A DNA stretch of 32,512 nucleotides from a virus. A program made the position numbers and the translations under genes. Positions 14,900-22,434 of the stretch are shown here, piece by piece; the first letter of the stretch is position 1; the number at the start of each line of letters is the position of its first letter. The stretch spans positions 1 through 32,512 of IMG/VR virus record IMGVR_UViG_3300012930_000010. One strand, given 5' to 3'. The notes under the pieces were generated by a model. That model made no database searches, was not told where the DNA came from, and saw only the letters and a list, made by a program, of their open reading frames with translations.

Positions 14900-15510
14900 A
14901 GAAAGCCTTGCTCACTTCCCTGCTCTTCTCGCTGCTGTCGCCGCTGCCAAGTCTTTGTCAACGTTCGCCCGTAAGTACGGGCGCGGCGCAGCACTGCGGT
15001 GTGGAACGCTGGCCGGTGAAGACACTCACGGATCCCGCTGGTGAAACGGTTGCCTCCGCTTCCCCCACCCTGGGAACAGTCGCGGAGCTCGTGATGGTGG
15101 GCGCCCCTTCGCGTAAGCAATTGCTTGCCGCCACGAGCTCGCGATTCGCGCACGAGAAAATCGTGTACCGCGTCTCCGTCGCCGTCATCGGCGACAAAGA
15201 GGAAGCGGACTCGGATTTCCATATCGTGCTCGCCGCGCCGGGCAACCACTCAACGATGCTGATCGCAGAAATTCCCAGCGGCTCCTGCACCGGCCCGCAG
15301 CGCGCAAACTTTTTCAACGATCTTCGAGCGCAGTTCGCGAAGGACTTCGGGAAGCCTGCGGCCGGGAAGCTGCGGAGACTGGCGCAACCTGTAGCCGCGT
15401 GCGTAACGGGAGTGGGCTTCTTCGATTTTCTGCACGGGCAGGATGGCGTCGCGCCGAACGGTTTCGAGCTGCATCCGGTGCTCTCGATCGTGAAAGGACC
15501 GTGCCGGTGA
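14896..15510 (+). CDS. Secreted protein with a signal peptide, 204 aa
   Basis: GTG at 14896 in a GTGA overlap with GAAGGAG upstream. (M)KKALLTSLLFSLLSPLPSLC...GVERWPVKTLTD... Confidence 0.7.
   Translation: MKKALLTSLLFSLLSPLPSLCQRSPVSTGAAQHCGVERWPVKTLTDPAGETVASASPTLGTVAELVMVGAPSRKQLLAATSSRFAHEKIVYRVSVAVIGDKEEADSDFHIVLAAPGNHSTMLIAEIPSGSCTGPQRANFFNDLRAQFAKDFGKPAAGKLRRLAQPVAACVTGVGFFDFLHGQDGVAPNGFELHPVLSIVKGPCR
14966..14983 (-). repeat. TACTTR-loop hairpin element, copy G (exact reverse complement of the 18-nt core of copy F)
   Basis: cgcccgtaagtacgggcg, inside the coding sequence of 14896..15510, with no A-run. Confidence 0.65.
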
Positions 15511-16418
15511 GCGCGCTAGCCACAATGCGACTGCAAAACCCCGCGCGCGGCAAACGTAAGGCTCCCGTTTCCGGGGCGCGCGGGAAGAGAAATGTTGGCG
15601 AGCTGCTCATCTTCGGCAACCCGCGCCGGAAAGGCGCGTCTGGAAATAAGTCGAAAGGTTTCGGCAATCACAAGCCCGGATGCCCGTGCAAATTCTGCGA
15701 TCGAGCGGCGAAGCTGCAAAGCGGGGAGCTGAAACCGCCGAAGCTGCCAAACCGCAAGAAGAAAAACTCCAAGAAGCTCGACGCCCAGCGTGGAGCTCGA
15801 GAGCGCTCCAGCCGGATCCGTACGGCGCGCCTCAATCCGAAAAAGAAACAGAAGAGATCCACGCGCGGCCGAAGACGTGCGGACCGGCGCAACAATCCCA
15901 GCGAAACGAAACAAGCGGTGCGGCTCTTCCAGGGCTTCCACGGTCACGATCCCAAAGAGATCGCGGAGAAGCACGTCTCCGCCGCGGTGCGCCTCGATTA
16001 CACCGCCCTGGGCGACCTGAAGTACCTGGTGGTGGAAACGCCGCTCGGCAAAGAAGCGACGTTCACCTTCGAGGATGACGGCGTGAAGCTGGCGAGCTCG
16101 CCGGATGGCAAACAGCTCTACTGCATCGGCGGCGACCAGAACATTTTGCCGCTGCTCGATGAACGTTCGCGAGAAAAAGATTTCATCGATCTGGGCGACG
16201 GCCTCGAGGTCGCGTATCTGGCGCGCAAAGTCCACGGAGAATTCCGCCCCGTCGAGTACTTCCACGAATTCGGGGAACTGAACGGCGCGCACCCGCGGCT
16301 GATGTTCGACAAGCTGCGCAAAAACATTTTCTTTATCGGCGGCGACTACTTCATCGACGTGAACATGCGCGCGCCAGGCACGCCGCTCGGCAAAGTTTCG
16401 CCGGGCATCGAAAACTGA
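15507..16418 (+). CDS. Protein with a highly basic N-terminal ~130 aa (repeated basic-NP motifs) and a conserved-looking C-terminal domain, 303 aa
   Basis: GTG at 15507 (GTGA overlap) or ATG at 15525. LQNPARGKRK, FGNPRRKG, RLNPKKKQKR, RRNNPSETKQAVRLFQGFHG...YFHEFGE...FFIGGDYFID... Confidence 0.7.
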   Translation: MSALATMRLQNPARGKRKAPVSGARGKRNVGELLIFGNPRRKGASGNKSKGFGNHKPGCPCKFCDRAAKLQSGELKPPKLPNRKKKNSKKLDAQRGARERSSRIRTARLNPKKKQKRSTRGRRRADRRNNPSETKQAVRLFQGFHGHDPKEIAEKHVSAAVRLDYTALGDLKYLVVETPLGKEATFTFEDDGVKLASSPDGKQLYCIGGDQNILPLLDERSREKDFIDLGDGLEVAYLARKVHGEFRPVEYFHEFGELNGAHPRLMFDKLRKNIFFIGGDYFIDVNMRAPGTPLGKVSPGIEN

Positions 16419-16434
16419 GAGAGGGAGAAAACTT

Positions 16435-16581
16435 ATGGCTAAATTGAAAACAGAATCGATCTCACCGACCACCCCCGCAGCGGCGCCGAAGGACTCTGCT
16501 CCTCAAACGCATTCGAAAGAGTGTGGCGACGTGGGAATCACCGGAGAGCACGGCGACTTGGGAACGAACGCCGCGAAATAA
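16435..16581 (+). CDS. Small hypothetical protein, 48 aa (not in the ORF track)
   Basis: ATG at 16435 with GAGAGGGAGA 5 nt upstream. MAKLKTESISPTTPAAAPKDSAPQTHSKECGDVGITGEHGDLGTNAAK. The stop lies in the stem-loop CGCGAAA-TAAA-TTTCGCG. Confidence 0.5.
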   Translation: MAKLKTESISPTTPAAAPKDSAPQTHSKECGDVGITGEHGDLGTNAAK

Positions 16582-16602
16582 ATTTCGCGATCGACACCAT
16601 GC

Positions 16603-17487
16603 ATGTACGGCACACCACAATTCGCGCAGCGAGGGCCAGGCACCTATCTAACGGGTGCGCCGCTCTCGCGTTCACCGCGTCGGCGGTTGCGGCGCTTCTC
16701 CGGATTCGGCTCGCTGACTCCGGACCAGGCCACGGAACAAATCTTTCCGGCGGCGCAGGTGAGGAGCGGAGCGGGACACAACCAATCGATACGCGACCAA
16801 ATCCTGCAATCCGCGAATGCCGGCCAGATCCTCAATGCCCAGGGCTCGCCAGCGTACATGCCGGGGACGGGCCAATGCTCCGGCGCGAGTCTACTGAAGC
16901 CGGCGATCACCGGAACGGTGGGGAGTCTGGCACTGCACTTTGCTCCGCAAGCCTTTGCGGCCGGGCCGATCGTAGGCGGCATCGTCGTGGGCATTGCGGC
17001 AATCAGCGAACTGTTTACCGTGATCTTCGGCCATCACGCCGCAGCTATCAAGAAAGAGCAGAGCGTCCTTTGCGCGGCGACGCCGGCGGCCAATCAATCG
17101 CTTCAGCTGATCGACCAGGCGGTGCAGCAGGGGCAGGCCACTCCGCAGGACGCCATCACGGCGCTGGGCAACGTGGTGTCCGGCTTTCAGCAAGCCGTCG
17201 CGTCGATCATTCATGGCGCCAACCCGATGTCCAGCGGCGAATGCAACGCGGCGTGCGTGATTCTCTCCGAACTGCGCGCCATCGTGCTGCTGAAGCAATC
17301 GCAGTATCAGGATCTCGCCGCGCAGCAGTCCACCAACCCGGTAGGCGCAGCGCTCGCGCCAGTTACAGCCGCGTTCGCGCCGGTCAGCCAGGCGGTGCAA
17401 TCGGTGCAAGCGGCCGCCGCGTCCGCGGGCTTGCCCGCGTGGCTGGTGCCGGCTGCGGGATTTTTTCTTTTGTGGAAGTTGCTGTAG
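16603..17487 (+). CDS. Membrane protein, 294 aa, motif-family member
   Basis: MYGTPQFAQRG...RRLRRFSGFGSL... Internal TM AAGPIVGGIVVGIAAISELFTVIF and C-terminal LPAWLVPAAGFFLLWKLL. The overlapping track ORF 16521..17495 is an Arg-rich shadow frame. Confidence 0.75.
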   Translation: MYGTPQFAQRGPGTYLTGAPLSRSPRRRLRRFSGFGSLTPDQATEQIFPAAQVRSGAGHNQSIRDQILQSANAGQILNAQGSPAYMPGTGQCSGASLLKPAITGTVGSLALHFAPQAFAAGPIVGGIVVGIAAISELFTVIFGHHAAAIKKEQSVLCAATPAANQSLQLIDQAVQQGQATPQDAITALGNVVSGFQQAVASIIHGANPMSSGECNAACVILSELRAIVLLKQSQYQDLAAQQSTNPVGAALAPVTAAFAPVSQAVQSVQAAAASAGLPAWLVPAAGFFLLWKLL

Positions 17488-17517
17488 GGCCCTGAATCAA
17501 AAATCCTGTCCACGGGT

Positions 17518-17551
17518 GCGGGTTGTACTTGCGGCCCGCCCTGAAAAAAAA
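17518..17551 (+). repeat. TACTTR-loop hairpin element, copy H (GCGGGTTG-TACTTG-CGGCCCGC cctg AAAAAAAA)
   Basis: 8-bp stem including two T-G (G-U) pairs that work only in plus-sense RNA. The A-run runs into the GGAGA Shine-Dalgarno of the next gene. Confidence 0.75.
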
Positions 17552-17565
17552 GGAGAAGCAAAAAT

Positions 17566-18297
17566 ATGAGCACAACGCAACTCACGATGACGCCGGCGGA
17601 CCTCTTCAAGTACCAGAATGATTTGGTGCGCACCGGGAAACATTTGCCGCTGGGCCGCATGCGCACCATCGCGGTGGGGCCGTGCGACACCTACAAGCCT
17701 CCGGCGGACGATCCCATCATCAGCGGCTACGGATCGCAGCCGCAGCGCAACGCCCGCGGCCGCATGCTGGATTTCAGCGGTCAATGGTTGCCGATCGCCC
17801 AGGCCGCGGACAAGTCCATGATCCTGGTCACTGCGCCGCTGATTCGCAAAGACGGCTACGTGGGATTGCCAGACCTGGTGGATCCGCTGTGGCGCGCCGC
17901 CGACTACACCGAAGAAGAAGCCGCGAATCCCGATTGCGATGCGGACTGCCGCAAGCAGTGGGACATCACGCGGACAGGCGAAAAAGTTCAGCACGTGCAC
18001 ATTCAACTGCGCGCCGGCAAAGACACGCCGCGCATGATTCCGCAGCGCCTGGAAGACCGCACCAACGATAGGCTGCAGGGCACAAACTTTCTCGTCTTTC
18101 AACCCGTGCTGCGCATCACCTACCAACCGGAAGAACTGAAAGCCGGCGACCAGCACAGCTTCAAGCCCGCGGAGTGGAAAATCGAATTTCGTCCGGACAT
18201 GGGAGGAGTGCACGCGGCATTCCTGGTGGATCCCACAAACGGCGAGTGTCACTTTTTTGGCGGCGTCCCGATTTTCGGAGGCGACACCAAGGGGTAG
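17566..18297 (+). CDS. Hypothetical structural-arm protein, 243 aa
   Basis: ATG with AAGGAGA upstream; clean ORF; no recognisable motif. Confidence 0.75.
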   Translation: MSTTQLTMTPADLFKYQNDLVRTGKHLPLGRMRTIAVGPCDTYKPPADDPIISGYGSQPQRNARGRMLDFSGQWLPIAQAADKSMILVTAPLIRKDGYVGLPDLVDPLWRAADYTEEEAANPDCDADCRKQWDITRTGEKVQHVHIQLRAGKDTPRMIPQRLEDRTNDRLQGTNFLVFQPVLRITYQPEELKAGDQHSFKPAEWKIEFRPDMGGVHAAFLVDPTNGECHFFGGVPIFGGDTKG

Positions 18298-18333
18298 TGG
18301 GGTTTGTACTTGCAAACCCCGCGCTGAAAAAAA
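18297..18333 (+). repeat. TACTTR-loop hairpin element, copy B (GTGGGGTTTG-TACTTG-CAAACCCCGC gctg AAAAAAA)
   Basis: 10-bp stem with one G-U pair. Starts at the last base of the upstream TAG stop. Confidence 0.8.
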
Positions 18334-18401
18334 GAGTTTCGGCAAGAAGCACGGTGACGGTTCGCCGCGTGTCCTCTGCCGATTAAAAGGGGAAGAGCCA
18401 C

Positions 18402-19247
18402 ATGCCAAAAGTAAAGCTTGTGAATCCATCCCGGACGCGCCGCCGGCGCGCGTCCCGCAACGCGCGAAAGCGCCGCATGCCCGCAGGGCTTAAACGCTAC
18501 TGGGCAAGCGTGCGTCGAGCCGCGGCGCAAAAAAATGCTGGCGGAGGACACATGAAAACGAAAAGAAGGCGGCGTAGCCGAGCCCGTGCCTCGCGCCGGC
18601 GCAAGAGCTATCGTCGTCGTAGTAACCCGATGTATGCCTTGGCGGCTCCCAGGCGGCGGCATCACCGTCGCCGCGGCAGCAGCCATCGGCGGCATCGCCG
18701 GCGCAATCCTGGACTGCAATCCTTCACCAGCGGCGGCATGCTGCAAACCGTTGGCGGAGCGGCGATCGGCTTCTTCGGAAGCAATGCGCTGCCCGCGCTG
18801 ATTCCGCAGCTCGCGCAGTACAACACCGGCGTTACCGGCTATGCCATTCAAGCCGTCTCGGGCTTGGCTCTGAGCTGGGGATTGAAGCGCTTCCTCGGCA
18901 AAGGCTGGGGCACCGGCGCCCTCATCGGCACCGGCCTCTCGATCCTGCTGCGCATCGTGAAGGACCATGCGATGAGCACCGGCTCGGTCGCTTCCGCGGC
19001 GATGAGCGGAGACCTGGCGTACTACGTGGACGACCGCTTCCCGTTCGCGCAGGGCGCTGGCGGGCCATACGGCAACTTCCCCGGCAACGCCTCGCTTGCC
19101 AATCCGCCCTTCCCGGCCACGTCGGCCGCGGCGGTGCGCGCTGGCGCGGCGGCCGCTTCGGCGGCTTTGCCGGCTGCGGCAATGCATGGCATCGCCACGG
19201 GCCGCTGGGGAGTCAATTCCGCCGGCGACATGAGCCGTTGGACGTAG
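18402..19247 (+). CDS. Protamine-like Arg-rich N-terminus (~110 aa, basic-NP motifs) fused to a Gly-rich membrane domain, 281 aa
   Basis: AAGGGGAAGAG upstream. LVNPSRTRRRRASRNARKRR...RRRSNPMY...HRRHRRRNPGL, then GGAAIGFFGSNALPALIP and GWGTGALIGTGLSILLRIV. Confidence 0.75.
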   Translation: MPKVKLVNPSRTRRRRASRNARKRRMPAGLKRYWASVRRAAAQKNAGGGHMKTKRRRRSRARASRRRKSYRRRSNPMYALAAPRRRHHRRRGSSHRRHRRRNPGLQSFTSGGMLQTVGGAAIGFFGSNALPALIPQLAQYNTGVTGYAIQAVSGLALSWGLKRFLGKGWGTGALIGTGLSILLRIVKDHAMSTGSVASAAMSGDLAYYVDDRFPFAQGAGGPYGNFPGNASLANPPFPATSAAAVRAGAAAASAALPAAAMHGIATGRWGVNSAGDMSRWT

Positions 19248-19313
19248 CTTCTCTCTTTCTTTCCGGTGCGGTGCGAGATGGGCGCCGCACCGGAGAGTGA
19301 TCTTCTCGGGTTT

Positions 19314-19347
19314 CAGGGTTTGTACTTACAAACCATGAGCCGAAAAA
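19314..19347 (+). repeat. TACTTR-loop hairpin element, copy C (CAGGGTTTG-TACTTA-CAAACCATG agccg AAAAA)
   Basis: 9-position stem with one mismatch. Shares the 5' flank CGGGTTTCAGGGTTTGTACTTACAAACC with copy D. Confidence 0.7.
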
Positions 19348-19419
19348 GACTTGGTTTGCAGGCACTGGCAGCCGCGATCCGGCGCCGGAACTTAGATCAC
19401 AGAAAGCGAGAATTCGAAA

Positions 19420-20187
19420 ATGAGAAACTTCGAAGCCGCCGGACGCGCAGGCAAGAGTCATCGCCACGTTCGGCGCATGGAGAAAATCAGTTCGTACGAG
19501 CTAGGCAGGCCCCACGCGCCGCGGTTGCGGAATCCCAACACGGGCATTCCGGAATTCGTGGTGTGGAGTCTGTTCGATATTTACGCCGTCGCTGCCGGCG
19601 GCACGATGGGCAAGCTGTCGCTCTACACCGTGCAGCAGGGCGCCAACTACAACTTCAACGGCGTGACCGCGTTCGCGAAAGGCGAGCAGCACGTTTCGCT
19701 GGTGCAGCCTGGCCAGCTCGAATCGAGCTACACGTTCATCGTGCGCGCGCTCTCCGTCTACGTGCAGGGTCAGCAGGGCACCGCGCATCCCGCGGTGCAT
19801 CGTGAAGATCTCGAAAACCTGCTGGGCTCGCTGGTGAAGTTCCGCATCAACAAAAAAGAATACTTCATCGGCATTCCGGCATGGCTGCCCGGAGGCGGCG
19901 GCCAGGTGACGCTGGGCTTCGGCTCGCTCACCGTGCCCACCGCCAGCTTCACCAACACCAACGGCTGGCAGGAGACCGATAACGTCTACGCGCTTCCCGG
20001 CGGGCAGTACATCAATCCGCAGGAAACGTTTGACTGCATCATCGATCCATCCACCAACGCGCTCGTTGGCGGCGGCACCGGCGCTCCCACCGCGCTGGCC
20101 GCGGCCGGCTTCCCCACTGGCGTACCCGCCGCGGGACTCTGCGCGTGGTTCCGCCAGGATGGGCAACTGATTCGCGTCGCGCAGTAG
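19420..20187 (+). CDS. Beta-rich protein, candidate major capsid protein, 255 aa (alternative start 19477)
   Basis: ...YTFIVRALSVYVQG...LVKFRINKKEYFIGIPAWLPGGGG...ETFDCIIDP...LCAWFRQDGQLIRVAQ. Alternating beta pattern, followed by a hairpin. The functional call is inference only. Confidence 0.6.
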   Translation: MRNFEAAGRAGKSHRHVRRMEKISSYELGRPHAPRLRNPNTGIPEFVVWSLFDIYAVAAGGTMGKLSLYTVQQGANYNFNGVTAFAKGEQHVSLVQPGQLESSYTFIVRALSVYVQGQQGTAHPAVHREDLENLLGSLVKFRINKKEYFIGIPAWLPGGGGQVTLGFGSLTVPTASFTNTNGWQETDNVYALPGGQYINPQETFDCIIDPSTNALVGGGTGAPTALAAAGFPTGVPAAGLCAWFRQDGQLIRVAQ

Positions 20188-20232
20188 AGCTGGAACGTCG
20201 CGAGTTGAAGTCCTTTGGACAGGACACCTGCG

Positions 20233-20273
20233 AGGGTCCGGATTGAATGGGGATAGGGCAAGCCGGACCCTTT
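20233..20273 (+). terminator. Terminator/attenuator-like hairpin after the putative capsid gene (AGGGTCCGG ... CCGGACCCT, 21-nt loop, then TTT)
   Basis: 9-bp perfect GC-rich stem with a short T-tract. Confidence 0.35.
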
Positions 20274-20313
20274 GCAGACTCACTTCTTTAGAAACGAAAT
20301 TTTGGGGGATGCC

Positions 20314-20616
20314 ATGCAAGCAGGCAATCGCGTGATGGTTTATGACAGTCCGGGTTTTCCGGTGGATCACTATCTATACGCCACGGTGCTAACGCCATCC
20401 GATGCCGGCGCGCTGGTCATCGTCGATCATCCGGGGAATCTCGCGCATGGCGTGCAGCGCTTCGTGCCCGCCAACAAAATTCTCACCGCCGTCGACGTGA
20501 AGAAGAAAGCGGACGGTCTCCGGGCGGAGCTCGCCCAGCAGCGCGATGCGGACAAGCGCAAAACCTTGATGGACCACATCAAGGGCTTCGAGTTCATGGC
20601 CGAGCAGTTGGCGTAA
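20314..20616 (+). CDS. Small hypothetical protein, 100 aa
   Basis: ATG at 20314 with GGGGGA upstream. MQAGNRVMVYDSPGFPVDHYLYATVL..., with a helical C-terminus. Confidence 0.65.
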   Translation: MQAGNRVMVYDSPGFPVDHYLYATVLTPSDAGALVIVDHPGNLAHGVQRFVPANKILTAVDVKKKADGLRAELAQQRDADKRKTLMDHIKGFEFMAEQLA

Positions 20617-20649
20617 GCGTAGCGAAGAAAAAAACGAGGGAGAAATGTC

Positions 20650-21135
20650 ATGACTCAGACTTGTCAAGCTTGCCGGGGAAACGCGATCGTCGCCACGCCC
20701 TCGGGAGGCGTCATAAAGTGTCCTGTCTGCCAGGGCATAGGGCAAATTTCCGGCGACCTGACCGACCAGCTTTTCTGGTATTTGTTTTCGCCGGCGCAGC
20801 TCAGCGCCAACCAGCAAGGCGTTTTGAACACCATCACGGTGGACAACGACGCGGATTTCCGCATTCGCTGGCTGATCGTGAGTTCCACCGGGCTCTTCAG
20901 CGTGGAGATCAAGGATCTCTATGCCGGCGGCGCTCCCTGGATGCCCACGCCCGTCAACGGGGAAAACTTTGCCGGCACCGCGCAGTTGCCCTTCGTGCTG
21001 CCAAAGCCTTACCCGGTTTACAAAGGCTCGTCGCTGCAGGCGAAGTTCAACGACCGCAGTGGCGCGCCCAACACGATTCAGCTCTGCTTGGTGGGCTACA
21101 AGATCGACAAGCTGCCCTCCGGCCCGAGCAACTGA
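20650..21135 (+). CDS. DnaJ-type zinc finger (CxxCxG...CxxCxGxG) fused to a beta-sandwich domain, 161 aa
   Basis: GAGGGAGA upstream. TCQACRGNA...KCPVCQGIGQ, then DADFRIRWLIVSSTGLFSVEIKD...FAGTAQLPFVLPKPYPVYKGSSLQAKFNDRSGAPNTIQLCLVGYK. Confidence 0.75.
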   Translation: MTQTCQACRGNAIVATPSGGVIKCPVCQGIGQISGDLTDQLFWYLFSPAQLSANQQGVLNTITVDNDADFRIRWLIVSSTGLFSVEIKDLYAGGAPWMPTPVNGENFAGTAQLPFVLPKPYPVYKGSSLQAKFNDRSGAPNTIQLCLVGYKIDKLPSGPSN

Positions 21136-21214
21136 ACGACGTGGACCGGCCGAACGTTTGTGTAGGGCCGCATGAGTACGAAGCTGTCAGTACCTGCATC
21201 GGGAAAATCTTCGA

Positions 21215-21811
21215 ATGCAGGAATTGCTGGAACTGGACGCGGAAACAGCCGGCACGCCAGTTTCTAAAGTTTCAGGCGGGCAAGCGGCTGACCAGGAGAT
21301 CCACACGACGATGATTCCTGCACAGCCAACGCCGGCCGATCCCATCGCGCAGCTTCTCACCTACCGCAGTTTTTACGGCAGCGAAGATCATCTGCCACTC
21401 GAAGCGCTGCTCGATGAGATCGACGCCATCGTGCCCTATTGGTTTCCGCTTTACGATTCCGCTACTTCTCTGCCCTCCGGCTCGCTCGGCGCGCAGCAGA
21501 CTGACCGCGGCCAGGTGATTGCCCAGGAAGATTGCTGGATCTGGTCGCTGATCGCCAGCGCGAGCGTTGCCGGAAATAGTTTCGTGGTGCAGCTCTTTGA
21601 CACCGAGCGCGAAATAACTTTCATGGACGAAGACGTGTTCGTAGGCAACGCGGCCGGCACAGCGCTTCGCCAATTCTTTTTGAAGTCTCCGATCCATATT
21701 CCCATCGGCGGGCAAATCGAATCGCGTGTCATCAACCTGGCGGCTGTGGCCAACGCCATCCAGATTATCGGTTTCGGCGTGCGGCCGGATTCGCGAAAGA
21801 AGATCACCTAG
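21215..21811 (+). CDS. Beta-sandwich protein, paralogue of the C-terminal domain of 20650..21135, 198 aa (alternative start 21311)
   Basis: QEDCWIWSLIASASVAGNSFVVQLFDTERE...NAAGTALRQFFLKSPIHIPIGGQIESRVINLAAVANAIQIIGFGVR aligns position-for-position with the 20650 protein. Confidence 0.7.
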   Translation: MQELLELDAETAGTPVSKVSGGQAADQEIHTTMIPAQPTPADPIAQLLTYRSFYGSEDHLPLEALLDEIDAIVPYWFPLYDSATSLPSGSLGAQQTDRGQVIAQEDCWIWSLIASASVAGNSFVVQLFDTEREITFMDEDVFVGNAAGTALRQFFLKSPIHIPIGGQIESRVINLAAVANAIQIIGFGVRPDSRKKIT

Positions 21812-21828
21812 GGGAAAGGAAACGGGTT

Positions 21829-21861
21829 TCAGGGTTTGTACTTACAAACCCTGACATAAAA
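21829..21861 (+). repeat. TACTTR-loop hairpin element, copy D (TCAGGGTTTG-TACTTA-CAAACCCTGA cat AAAAA)
   Basis: Perfect 10-bp stem. The A-run abuts the ATG at 21862, with no Shine-Dalgarno. Confidence 0.8.
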
Positions 21862-22392
21862 ATGTCCACAATGTCACCCACAGTCTTCCAGGGCCGCCGC
21901 TTCGTGAAGAAGCCCAATAGCGCGATCCTCACGCCTTCCTGCGCCGTCACCGTGCCGCAGCTCCCGGTGCAGAACTTCATGCCGCCAGGCGGCAAGCCGT
22001 TTGAGTTTGCAGCCGGCGTGGCGCTGCCGGCGATCGGCGCGACGGTCACGGTGCTGAGCTTCACCGTGCCGCGCGGCCAAAACGGTTTCGTCCGGCGCAT
22101 CGCCAACGTGTTCGTGGGCGGCGGCTTCACGGATTTTTCCGGCTCGATCGTGTGGCAAATTCTGCTGGACCAGGTGAAGAACGTGGTCGCTCCGGGCTTT
22201 GACAATATCGTGGCATCACTCGGCGCGGTTTCGAATCCATCGAACATCGACGGGATCCACGTGATGGAGAATTCCACCGTCGCCCTGATCGTGAAAAACA
22301 TTTCGGTGGTCGTGAGCGGCCAACTGATTGGTGGCCGTCTCGGTGGTTCGTTCCACCCAGTTCCGCAGGAACCGCCGAACCTCGCGTTCTGA
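21862..22392 (+). CDS. Beta-rich structural-like protein, 176 aa
   Basis: ...TVTVLSFTVPRGQNGFVRRIANVFVGGGF...IVWQILLD...GIHVMENSTVALIVKNISVVVSGQLIGGRLGG. Looser resemblance to the two upstream paralogues. Confidence 0.7.
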   Translation: MSTMSPTVFQGRRFVKKPNSAILTPSCAVTVPQLPVQNFMPPGGKPFEFAAGVALPAIGATVTVLSFTVPRGQNGFVRRIANVFVGGGFTDFSGSIVWQILLDQVKNVVAPGFDNIVASLGAVSNPSNIDGIHVMENSTVALIVKNISVVVSGQLIGGRLGGSFHPVPQEPPNLAF

Positions 22393-22402
22393 TTTTGTAG
22401 AG

Positions 22403-22434
22403 GCCGGGGCTTCAGCCCGGCATGGGATAACAAA
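22403..22434 (+). repeat. Diverged hairpin (GCCGGG-gcttcag-CCCGGC, then atgggATAACAAAA) in the same post-stop, pre-ATG position as the TACTTR elements
   Basis: The 3' arm CAGCCCGGC and the ATAACAAAA tail resemble copy E, but the loop differs. Confidence 0.4.

Noticed and set aside
18297-18333. Reading the hairpin family as ordinary rho-independent terminators
   Set aside because: The run after the stem is A-rich on the coding strand. On the opposite strand the T-run precedes the stem. Neither orientation gives the stem followed by a U-tract.
19435-19458. Walker-A-like string AAGRAGKS at the N-terminus of the putative capsid protein, raising the question of a packaging ATPase
   Set aside because: There is no Walker B or other ATPase block, and the rest of the protein is beta-rich. 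It lies in an N-terminal extension that may not even be translated if the start is 19477. I treat it as a chance match, although HHpred should confirm.
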